Sequence record: PQ898602.1
Direction: 5' to 3' (one strand)
DNA length: 64,000 nucleotides
Shown here: one piece after another, positions 26,695 to 36,800 of the stretch
Layout of the letters: each line of letters starts with the position of its first letter
Numbering within the stretch: the first letter of the stretch is position 1
Notes under the pieces: model-generated
Told to the model about the DNA's origin: nothing
The model's database searches: none
The model's input: the letters and a program-made list of their open reading frames with translations, nothing else
Program-made: the position numbers and the translations under genes

Positions 26695-26865
26695 ATGATC
26701 ACCGATCGCGAAACCCTTAACGCTCTGCGTCAACTCCATGAGGACACCGCAGAGTATTTTTGTGATGATAATTTCCCCATGAGTGGAGAACTCTACTGGA
26801 CAATGGTGGAGTGTCTTGCATCTGCAAAACTCGCAGAACTTGAGGGTGAGGTTCTTGCAGAATGA
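26695..26865 (+). CDS. Hypothetical protein
   Basis: ATG 26695 lies downstream of the promoter, in frame with track ORF 26644-26865. Confidence 0.65.
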   Translation: MITDRETLNALRQLHEDTAEYFCDDNFPMSGELYWTMVECLASAKLAELEGEVLAE

Positions 26866-27023
26866 AGTACGCTGTCCAATACGACAAACCAAAGAAGAAA
26901 GGTCATGCACGTCAAAGTGCCGTATTCTTTGACATTCGTGACGCAATGATGTGGGAACGACACATCAGAAACGAAACAAATTGCAGTAACATTGAACTAG
27001 TGCCATTTTACACAGATGTTTGA
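26862..27023 (+). CDS. Hypothetical protein (53 aa)
   Basis: Hand translation MKYAVQYDKPKKKGH...; overlaps both neighbours. Confidence 0.6.
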   Translation: MKYAVQYDKPKKKGHARQSAVFFDIRDAMMWERHIRNETNCSNIELVPFYTDV

Positions 27024-27915
27024 AAGAGTTTCCTGGTACAAACCAAGTGTTGAAGATCAACGAATCAACCTGTCTAATAATGTTTGTTATGATCTTCCAC
27101 ACCAAGGTAGAGTAGATACTCTCCTCAGACTCAACCACAAGGGGTACAATCAATATCCTCAAGAGTCTAAGATCTATGAACATTTGAGTGATTACTATGG
27201 TGTTCCTGCACAAAATATGGCTGTTGGTCTAGGTCTGGGGGAACTTATTCCTCGGATCTTTAACATTTTCAGGAACAAAAAGTTTTCTATTGTCACTCCT
27301 ACCTGGCAGATGGCAACAGGATTCTGTGAAGTCAACTGCATTGAATATACTGAAGGAGTTGATCTAAACGCTGATATTCTGTATATTGCGAATCCTAACG
27401 GATTGAATGGATCTGTAGTAGATCGAGATATACTGGAATCATTCTTTGATGCCTTTGAGTATGTCATTGTTGACGAATCTTATGAGGACTTTTGTAGACC
27501 CACCTGCTCAGTTATCGATCGGGCTATTACCCGTGACAACGTTCTCGTATGTAAAACTTTTAGCAAGTCTCTTGCTCTTCCTGGTCTTCGCTTCGGTTAT
27601 TGTTTTGGTCACCCTGATGTTATTTTTAGACTTCAGCAATTACGCCCTTCTGGGGTGGTAAATAGTGTAGTGGAAAGTGTAGGATTTGAACTATTGTGTC
27701 TGATCCAAGAACACACAAACAGAATGGTAGAGACTCGCGATTATATCGAATCTAAGTATGATTGCGTCCCTTCAAATGCCAATTATGTTTTGTTGAAGGA
27801 TGAAGAACCATTCCTGAAACATTTCCGATATAAAATCATCAACGGGCTTCATCGATTGTCGTTGACTGATCCAAATACATTCAAGGTCTATGAATCGTTT
27901 TCAGACGTTCACTAA
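27016..27915 (+). CDS. PLP-dependent aminotransferase, class I/II (HisC/CobD-like)
   Basis: IANPNG, VDESY and KTFSKSLALPGLRFGY (PLP lysine) motifs. Confidence 0.85.
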   Translation: MFERVSWYKPSVEDQRINLSNNVCYDLPHQGRVDTLLRLNHKGYNQYPQESKIYEHLSDYYGVPAQNMAVGLGLGELIPRIFNIFRNKKFSIVTPTWQMATGFCEVNCIEYTEGVDLNADILYIANPNGLNGSVVDRDILESFFDAFEYVIVDESYEDFCRPTCSVIDRAITRDNVLVCKTFSKSLALPGLRFGYCFGHPDVIFRLQQLRPSGVVNSVVESVGFELLCLIQEHTNRMVETRDYIESKYDCVPSNANYVLLKDEEPFLKHFRYKIINGLHRLSLTDPNTFKVYESFSDVH

Positions 27916-28630
27916 AGTAGAGAACGAAAATCTAATCAATTCCACGCTTCGGAGTATTGAGTTGTGTATAACAACTTCGTGCAACCGAGCGTGTTCTTTT
28001 TGCCCACATGCCTGGGGATTTAAGACTGAGGATACTAGAGAAAAGTTTGTATCCATGGATGTTGTCGATAGATTTATTGAAATTACATCTGAATATAAGA
28101 ATCAAGTGACTCTATGTGGTATGGGAGAACCTACTCTACATCCACAAATTAAAGAGATACTTGATAAATTCCAAGACGTAGACTATAAGGTCATTCTTGT
28201 TACTAATGGATATAAACTAGAAGAAGTTGTCCCACATCTAGGCAATATTCGTCCAAGGGTTAGTCTTTATGAACCGATGGAACTTCCCGACATTGATATG
28301 GATGTAATCAATTACTATGAAGAAGGTGAGAATGTAAACTTCAATCAAAGAAGTTATGCTGAAGGTATCAAGAAACCTTGTTATCTTCCTTCATATAAAA
28401 TGGTAGTCGATACAACTGGAGGAATCCTACCATGTGATAATAATTGGCAGGAAGTAAAGTATCTCACTAACATCTTTGATGATACATTGGAATCTGCATG
28501 GTTGGATAAGATGAATCCTTTCCGTACTAATTGTGCAAAGGATAGATCTCTTAATGAGTATTGTCGCAACTGCGATGCAGGTGGTACTTTGTATGGATCA
28601 GAAGAGATGAAACTTCTAACTGGTCAATGA
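27890..28630 (+). CDS. Radical SAM protein with a SPASM/Twitch-type C-terminus
   Basis: CNRACSFC (CxxxCxxC), GMGEPTLH, VTNG; C-terminal C...GGILPC...CRNC. Confidence 0.85.
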   Translation: MNRFQTFTKVENENLINSTLRSIELCITTSCNRACSFCPHAWGFKTEDTREKFVSMDVVDRFIEITSEYKNQVTLCGMGEPTLHPQIKEILDKFQDVDYKVILVTNGYKLEEVVPHLGNIRPRVSLYEPMELPDIDMDVINYYEEGENVNFNQRSYAEGIKKPCYLPSYKMVVDTTGGILPCDNNWQEVKYLTNIFDDTLESAWLDKMNPFRTNCAKDRSLNEYCRNCDAGGTLYGSEEMKLLTGQ

Positions 28631-29421
28631 GAATATCGGTATTCAATGATTCTACTGGTGAACAATTCTCACCTGATGGTATTAGTGTATTCGGAGTAAA
28701 ATGTCTCAGAGATGTAAAAATTAGTAAGAGACAGGTTTTAGAAGCATTAGATATATTCAAGAAAGACATTGAAGAAGAACAGAGTCTTTCTGAAGAAGAG
28801 TTGAAAAATAAACAAAGACTAGTATCAGAGAATAGTTTTTCGCCAAAGACTGGGAAACTAACAGGTTCCAGAAGGAAACATAAGACTCAATCATTCTTTA
28901 CTAAACTACCATTTCTTTATGTTGATGTAGAAGATGATGGTATGTTTCAGTACCCATACTTCTACTCTCCGCTTAGAGAATCAGGTAGATTAACCTGTTG
29001 TGGTCATGGTAGATCATTGATAAACTTTAGATACTTTCCAGATATGACAAGTGATGTTATAGATCAACATTCAGACTGGGGTATCGGAGGGTTTGAAGTT
29101 ATAGAAGAGGTCGTTGACTTTGTTTCACACAACAAATACTGGAAAGATAAGAATCCAGAAGTTTGTAGTGTTGGACTTTTAGAACATGATGGGGTCTGGT
29201 ATATGAATCATATTGATTTTGTATCAGAAGATTATATTAAGAACCATGCAAACTTAAGACCTGCATACTTCATCGAAATGACATGTAAACTTGATCTATG
29301 GAAGATGCAGAGAGATTGCATACTTAATGTAAATGGTAAAGTGAATGTTAAAGATGTATTGGACTCTCTCGTATTGCCCTACTTAGATTATGTAAGACAA
29401 GACTATGACTGGAAAGTCTAG
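28627..29421 (+). CDS. Hypothetical protein
   Basis: ATG 28627 overlaps the radical SAM stop codon (ATGA); 264 aa. Confidence 0.7.
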   Translation: MRISVFNDSTGEQFSPDGISVFGVKCLRDVKISKRQVLEALDIFKKDIEEEQSLSEEELKNKQRLVSENSFSPKTGKLTGSRRKHKTQSFFTKLPFLYVDVEDDGMFQYPYFYSPLRESGRLTCCGHGRSLINFRYFPDMTSDVIDQHSDWGIGGFEVIEEVVDFVSHNKYWKDKNPEVCSVGLLEHDGVWYMNHIDFVSEDYIKNHANLRPAYFIEMTCKLDLWKMQRDCILNVNGKVNVKDVLDSLVLPYLDYVRQDYDWKV

Positions 29422-29470
29422 TTGCCTCAATCATCTACAGATGATATAGTACACTTGTTAAGAGAAACAC

Positions 29471-29632
29471 ATGCGACCAGAAACCCGAGAAGCAATGGAA
29501 ATGTTATTTTCCGCAAAGTGGAACTTGCCCAAAGCGGCTAAGCATTGTAACCTTAGTATCAAGGAAATGAAAATTACTTTCAACGAGTATTGCAACTTCC
29601 ACCCACCAATCTATGATGAAAATTCAGATTGA
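29471..29632 (+). CDS. Small hypothetical protein (53 aa)
   Basis: Hand translation MRPETREAMEMLFSAKWNLPKAAKHCNLS... Confidence 0.65.
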   Translation: MRPETREAMEMLFSAKWNLPKAAKHCNLSIKEMKITFNEYCNFHPPIYDENSD

Positions 29633-29780
29633 ATTATCCAAAGATGTAGATTATCCCAGTGATAAACTGGGTAAGTACATTTGGAATCTAGAAGAAAGTA
29701 ATAATCATGTTACTGGATTTTGTGATTCCATTGGAGAATGTTTTGAAGAAATCATCAGACATGGGAGTGTGGCGGAATAG
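29613..29780 (+). CDS. Small hypothetical protein (55 aa) overlapping tRNA-Leu
   Basis: Hand translation MMKIQIELSKDVDYPSD...; stop codon lies within the first 18 nt of the tRNA. Confidence 0.45.
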   Translation: MMKIQIELSKDVDYPSDKLGKYIWNLEESNNHVTGFCDSIGECFEEIIRHGSVAE

Positions 29781-29847
29781 GTAGACGCACCAGACTTAAA
29801 ATCTGTTGGGCATTATGCCCGTGAGAGTTCAAGTCTCTCTACTCCTA
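29763..29847 (+). tRNA. tRNA-Leu(TAA)
   Basis: Acceptor GGGAGTG/TACTCCT, anticodon loop CTTAAAA, long variable arm GGGC-ATTAT-GCCC, T-loop GTTCAAG; CCA not encoded. Confidence 0.95.
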
Positions 29848-29848
29848 C

Positions 29849-29856
29849 TATAAATA
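29849..29856 (+). promoter_or_regulatory. T4-type late promoter
   Basis: Exact TATAAATA about 20 nt upstream of the cpeT-like gene. Confidence 0.7.
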
Positions 29857-29876
29857 CCTACAATTAGATTGTTATC

Positions 29877-30365
29877 ATGTCGTTGAAAGAAAAGTTCATC
29901 TCCTGGTTTACTGGGTATTTTAATAATCAACGTCAAGCATTCCACCGCCCACGGGAGTTTGCTATGATCGAACTTACCCATACCGCTGTAGAGGGTGAGG
30001 ATGATACTTTTCGTGTAATGCAAAAGTATATTATTGATCCAGATCCTTACAGACAAGCGATCATTGTGGTTGAGGAACAGGGAGAAGATATTCTCTTGAA
30101 GTCTTACACTAATGATGAAGAACGTACATACAAAGAAGGTTGTGATGTACGTTTTAGATATGAAGAAGAATTAGATAGATTCGTGGGTGCAAATCTATGT
30201 GATACATGTATGGTTGAGAGGGTACCTGGAGTACCTTCGTATCTAAAGACCGAGGCAGTATTGGGCGAGGATTACTATTCAGTTAAAGATACTGGTCATA
30301 ACCCAGAAACACATGACCAGATCTGGGGATCTCAACACGGATTCTTTGAATTCGATAGGAAGTAA
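29877..30365 (+). CDS. cpeT: CpeT/CpcT-family phycobilin lyase-like protein
   Basis: WFTGYFNNQRQAF...P...YRQ...GCDV.F...DTG...QIWGS..G.FEF pattern. Confidence 0.8.
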   Translation: MSLKEKFISWFTGYFNNQRQAFHRPREFAMIELTHTAVEGEDDTFRVMQKYIIDPDPYRQAIIVVEEQGEDILLKSYTNDEERTYKEGCDVRFRYEEELDRFVGANLCDTCMVERVPGVPSYLKTEAVLGEDYYSVKDTGHNPETHDQIWGSQHGFFEFDRK

Positions 30366-30377
30366 TCCTCACTTCGT

Positions 30378-30450
30378 GCCAATTTAGCTCAGCTGGTAGA
30401 GCAGGGCTTTTGTAAAGCTCAGGTCGTCGGTTCAAGTCCGTCAATTGGCT
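30378..30450 (+). tRNA. tRNA-Thr(TGT)
   Basis: Acceptor GCCAATT/AATTGGC, D-arm AGCTCAGCTGGTAGAGC, anticodon TGT, T-loop GTTCAAG; CCA not encoded. Confidence 0.95.
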
Positions 30451-30463
30451 TTTAGGAGGATTT

Positions 30464-30676
30464 ATGGTCATCAATCTCTGGTACAATGGTGCAATGGATG
30501 AATGGAGATGGACACTATCAGATCCCAAGAATCTAGATCAACATTCAGGAAATAGAGAAAATATTCGTGATGCAATGAATGATATTGCGAATACAGTGGA
30601 ACATTTAAGGGATGAAAAGGGAGTAAATATGGAGTTAAAGAAACCTACATGTTTGCCAAAAGACTTACATAGGTGA
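30464..30676 (+). CDS. Hypothetical protein
   Basis: AGGAGG RBS; 70 aa. Confidence 0.65.
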   Translation: MVINLWYNGAMDEWRWTLSDPKNLDQHSGNRENIRDAMNDIANTVEHLRDEKGVNMELKKPTCLPKDLHR

Positions 30677-30728
30677 TAATATAACACTGGCGATACTCGT
30701 CAGCGACAAATCCCTTCCGTGTGACTTC

Positions 30729-30758
30729 AAAAACCCTCATGCAAGTGGGGGTTTTTTT
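30729..30758 (+). terminator. Intrinsic terminator (possibly bidirectional)
   Basis: AAAAACCCTCA...TGGGGGTTTTTTT. Confidence 0.75.
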
Positions 30759-30805
30759 AGTGTCTAAATATAAAAAGAATAGATTTGTCACTATAGGAAA
30801 CCGAG

Positions 30806-33800
30806 ATGCCTCTAAGTAGATTAGAAAATTTCCTAAAGAATGCTGAAGGTAATATTCTGTATGTAAACCCTTCAGACTTCGACGCCACGGATAGTTTTGA
30901 GAACAGAGGTAACTCTCTGACTAGACCATTCAAGACGATTCAGAGAGCGATTATCGAGTCCGCAAGGTTCTCGTTCAGAGCGGGTAGAAATAACGATAAG
31001 ATTGATACTACAACAATCCTCGTCTATCCTGGAACCCACTATATTGATAATAGACCAGGTTATTCGATTCGTGATAACGGCGGAACTGCTGAAATCAAGA
31101 AACTTGTTGACAAGAAGTGGACCACAATTGGTGCATCTCTAACAGAATTTTCCGAAGATTCTAACTTTGATATCTTCGATGAAGACAACGATCTATTCCG
31201 TTACAACTCTACTGAAGGTGGTGTAATCCTACCTAGAGGTACATCTATTGTCGGTCTTGACCTTCGTAAGACTAAGATTAGACCACTATATGTTCCTGAT
31301 CCACATGATGATCAGGTTCTCCCAACTTCTATCTTTAGAGTTACTGGTACCTGTTACTTTACTGCGTTTAGTATCTTTGACGCAGATCCTAACAGATCCG
31401 CATATAAAAATAGTTCAGATCTGAAGGTCAATCCTTCTTTCTCTCACCATAAACTTGCTGTATTTGAATATGCAGATGGTGTAAATGATGCGATCTTAGA
31501 TAATGTTGATATGGGGATCACTGATCTCGATATGTACTATGCTAAGGTAACTTACGCATTTGGTTCTACATCTGGACGCCCTCTTGCCAACTATCCAGTA
31601 GGTAAAGACTTTGAACCTCTTGTTGATGAATATAGAATTGTTGGTGATCTTCGTGCTGATCCTATCGGTATTACCTCCATTAAGGCGGGTGATGGTGCTA
31701 TTCCTACCACAACTATCACAGTCACCACTAGCGAGGCGCACGGACTCTTTAAGGACACGCCTATCCTCCTTAGTGGTATTACCACCAACCCAACTGTATA
31801 TAATGGTTCGATTGTTGTTAGTGATGTTGTTAGCAACACTGAGTTTACCTATACTGCTAAGACCAACCCATCGAATCCACTACCTGCATCCTCTCAGATC
31901 TCCAATGCTCAGGTAGTTGTTGAATCTGACTCGGTATCTTCCGCATCTCCATATATCTTCTCATGTACTTTGAGATCCGTTTATGGTATGAACGGAATGA
32001 TCGCTGATGGTAACAAAGCGACTGGATTCAAGTCGATGCTTACCGCTCAGTTTACGGGTATTTCTCTCCAGAAGGATGATAATGCCTTCATGGTATTTGA
32101 TGACACTACCCAGATCTATAACGATAACGATACTGCTCCAGAAGAACAGAAACCATTACACATTAACTCCACTGCACTCTATAAGAGAGGTTGGGAATCT
32201 ACACACGTTACTGCAAAGAATGACTCTATCATTCAGTGTGTTTCGATCTTCGCTATCGGTTTTGCAAGACACTTTGTTGCAGAAACTGGTGGTGACATGT
32301 CTATCACCAACTCCAACTCTAACTTCGGTGCAGTTGCTCTCGAATCAACTGGATTCAGAAACGAAGCATTCGATAGAGATGATGTAGGTTATATCACTCA
32401 CATTATTCCACCAAGAGAACCAGATCCTCGTGAATCTAACATCACCTGGTTGTCTCTTGATGCAGAGAAGATTGTTTCTGCTGCAAAAACCGAAAGACTA
32501 TATGTATTTGGATATAACTCTAAAGACGTTCCACCTTCTTCCCAGATTGACTCTTACAGACTGGGTGCAAAGAGAGGTGAAGAGATTAACCTAGAAGTTA
32601 TTATTGGAACCGAGAAGAGTAACTTTAGATCTCCAGTTCTAATGCCAGTTCCTTCTGGTATTGGTACATCTTCACAGAAAGTTTATAGAGTCGGTAGAAA
32701 TGCTGGTATCAATAGTATTTCCCAGTCTATCTTCACTCTGACTGATGATCACCAACTATTCAATGGTGAGAAAGTTCGTCTTGTCTCTGATACTGGTGAA
32801 GTTCCAAACAACGTTGAACAGGATAAACTATACTTTGCTTTCACAACTGGACTCAATGCAGACCAGATTAAACTTTCGTCCACTCTGAATGACACTATCA
32901 ATGGTACAACCATTGGTGGTATTTCTAACAATGGTGGTGAACTTAGAATCGTATCCTTCGTTGCTGATAAAGATCCTGGTGAACTGGGTCACCCAATGCA
33001 GTTTGATGAGGATGAATCTCAGTGGTATCTGCAAGGTTCAAGTTCAACATTCTTTAACACCATCTATGATGGTATCGTAGGCATCGGAACTTCTATTCTA
33101 GGCAATCAAACTGGTGCAACATTCGTAACCAGAAGACTTGATAACAGAGGTCTAGAAGATCGTCTCTATAAGTTCCGTTATGTAATTCCAAAAGAATTCT
33201 CTAATGCAAGACCACCTTCTGATGGTTTTATTCTACAAGAATCTAACACAGTTGGTTTTGGATCTGCATCTTATCTGACATCTGCTCTTGCAAATACAAC
33301 TCAACTTAGAAACCCAACCATCATTACTGATGCGAGTTATGTTGGACAAGAAGTAACAATTAGAACGGAACAACCACACCACTTTGTTGCTGGTGATACG
33401 GTTAAGATTCAGAATGTTAGATCTACTAACAACTTAACTTCTAACGTTCAGATTCCTTTCAATGGTGAATATCCAATCTACACTGTTCCTTCTACAAGAA
33501 CATTTACGATTGCTGGTATTACCACTGACCCAGGAACATTCCTGAACGAAACGAACCAGAGAACCACACAACAACAGGTTGACGCTCTACCAACTGTACA
33601 AAGACTTAAGTATAAGGATTCCATCTTCGTCTATAGATCTCAAGAGATTAAGAGTCTAATCCCTGGTACTGATGGTCAGGATGGTATCTATCTTGTCACT
33701 CCTATTTGTGGATCTATCAAACCAATCGATGAGATCGGTTATGGTGTATCTGAAAGAAGATTCAATCAGGATGTTAGAAACCTCTATCCACAACAAGATA

Positions 33801-36800
33801 GAGACAACTACAACTCTGACCCTGAAGGAACAACTTCTCTTGCTAAGTTAAGTCCACTCGGTAAAGTTACCACAAACAGCAAACAGAAATCTGTTACTAA
33901 AGAAGCACTGAATTACTTCTTTGAGAATAACCAAATTGGTTATGCTATCACTGGTGGTGTTGTTTCTGGTGCAGGTAACACAACTCTAACAATCTTCCTT
34001 GATACTGAACACACTCTAAACTCCATTAAGGAACTATCCATCATCACTGATGGTGCTGGATATAACAACAATACTGGACTTTCAACAACTCTATACTCTA
34101 CAGAACTTTCTAATAGTCTGATTGTTGGTTCTAATGCTGCAGTTCGTGCTGAAGTTTCTGCTGCAAATACAGTCAGTTCCGTTTCTATCGTTTCTGCTGG
34201 TGGTGCATATGCTATCGGTAACACGATGACAGTTTCTGCATCACCTGCTGGAGCACCAAGTGTTTCTGCTGTTGTTGAAGTTACTGATATTAACAATAAC
34301 ATTGGTGATGCTATTGAACTCACTGGATTCCCAGATGATGCTTTCAACGACATCTTTGAAATTAGAGAGATTCCATCAACAAAAGCGATTGTTCTTGAAA
34401 AGAGAGGATCTGTTGGTCTTGGAGTAACTTTCCCAGAAAGAAACGATGTAAGAAAACCTCTTGCATATGTCTCTTCTCCAAGAGTAGGTATTGCAACAGT
34501 TGACTTCACTGATGCAGTAGGTATTGCAACAGTAACAACATTAACTGCACATGGATTGCAACCAGGTAATACATTTACCTTCAGTGGATTTACTGCTGGT
34601 GGTGGTATTACCACAAATACTTTCTTCGAGAGAAAGTTCATTGCAAATGAAGTTCCAGGCATCACAACATTCATCTTTAATGCTGGAATTACTACTGAAA
34701 ATCCAGAGAGAGATTTTGGCACTGCTGGTGTTCTTAAGTTTAACTTCTCCTCCAATGGTAGAGCACTTGGTCTGGGTGAAGAAAACCTGAATGGTAGAGG
34801 TTCCACATTCTACGCAGGTATTACTACAACACTGAGCACAATCGTAACCACTACTGATACAACAATCACTCCAACAGATACTGCTGGTTTCTATAAGGGT
34901 GATTATGTTCAGATTGGTGCAGAGATCATGCGTATCTCTAACAACGCATCTAGTGGAACGTTTGCTGTTCTAAGAGGTCAATTCTCTACGACTGCTGCAG
35001 TACACCAAGCAGATGAACTAATCAAGAAAGTTCGTGTTCTCCCAATGGAGATTCGCAGACACTCCATTCTTCGTGCATCTGCACATACATTTGAATACCT
35101 AGGATTCGGACCTGGTAACTATTCAACTGGTCTGCCACTTAAACAGGATAGAATCCTCACTGATGAGGAAGTTCTAGTATCTCAGGCAAGAGAACAAGAT
35201 GGTGGAACTGTTGTTTACACCGCTATGAATGATCGTGGTGAGTTCTTCACTGGTGTTACTAAGATTAGTGCTGCAACTGGTGAAGAAGAAGTCATCGAGG
35301 CACCTATTGTTACTTACTTCGGTGATGACATTGAGTCCGAACTGACTAGAAGAAACAATGGTGTATTTGATGACCTAGTTGTTAAGAACAGAATCACAGT
35401 TGAAGGTGGTGAGAATAACAACCAGACCTCCCAGTTCTATGGTCCAGTCAACTTCTCCCAGAAAGTTACATCATCTTCTGAAGATGGTCTAGAGACTAAA
35501 GATCTATACATTAAGGGTCTTGCATCTCAACCAAAACTGATCACAGTTGGTATTTCTACACCTATTGATGCTAAGAGAGTTGGTGACATCTCTCTGCTTG
35601 CAACTCCTGATAAAGGTGGACACCTAGGACACATTTATGCCGATGGTGATTGGAGACGTTTCGGAATGATTTCCGAAGAGAAGAATCGTGACTTCTTAGT
35701 TATCGATCAGATGGGTATCGGTGAAAAAGGTGGTGTCTTTGACTTCACTGATGAACTTGAAGTTAATGGTAATGTCAAGGTCAAAGATCTCCGAGTTGAA
35801 GGTAACGTAACCTTCGCAGGAAACCAAGCGATTGGTAATGCATCTTTCGATAAGATTACCGTCAACCAGACAGCAACATTTGGTGGTATCAATACAAACT
35901 ATTCCATCCTTCATACTGATACAACTGATATTGCTCAGTTTGGTAACTTAGAAGTAACTGGTTATGCTGCAACATTTGCAAGTTCTGGTGCTGATCAAGA
36001 GTGGTTGACAATTCAACGTAGATTGCACTCCACTTACACTGGTGTTTCTACATTCGATGGAACACTTAAGGTTGGTAACATTGTAAGTAATACTGGTATT
36101 CTTTCTGTAAGTAATGCAGAGATTGATGATTTATATGCAACAGTGGGTACAATCGATACTCTATATGCACAAAGTGGTATTATTACTTCACTGAGAGTAA
36201 GTTCTATCTCTGGTGATCCAAAGGCAGGTGCTGGTCTCACAATCTATGCAAACGCAGGTATCATCACTTCTATCACTGGTGTTGCTGCTACAATTACTAA
36301 GGGTGATTTTACAGAGTTATTTGCAACCAATGCTTCGATTAGTAATCGTTTCTTTGCAGATGACGCAAGAGTTAATACTGGTCTAGCAACCAACTTTAAG
36401 TCAACTAATGCAACTTTAACCAACGCATTTGTCAACGTAGGTGTTGTTACAACCTTAGTTGTTCCTTCTACTGGTTATCAAGGTTCCACAGTTGATGGTT
36501 GGATTGGTGCTCCAACTGCATACATTAACTCTGGTATTGTTACCACCATTCAAGGCACAGATTCAACTTATGTCAATGTAGTTGGATCTACGAAGGTAAC
36601 TTCACCACTATTCCAAGGTCAAGATACAAACAACCCTTCGGGCGCAGGTAAACTCTTTATCCAAAATGCTCAGGTTGCTTCTAGACTATGGTTGAATGGT
36701 ACTGCTGACTCTGAAGGTATCAGATCTGTCGTTGGTGTTATTACTTACCTCGGACCTAATGCTAAGTCTGATCTTGGTAATCTTTCCGCAGGTAACATGC

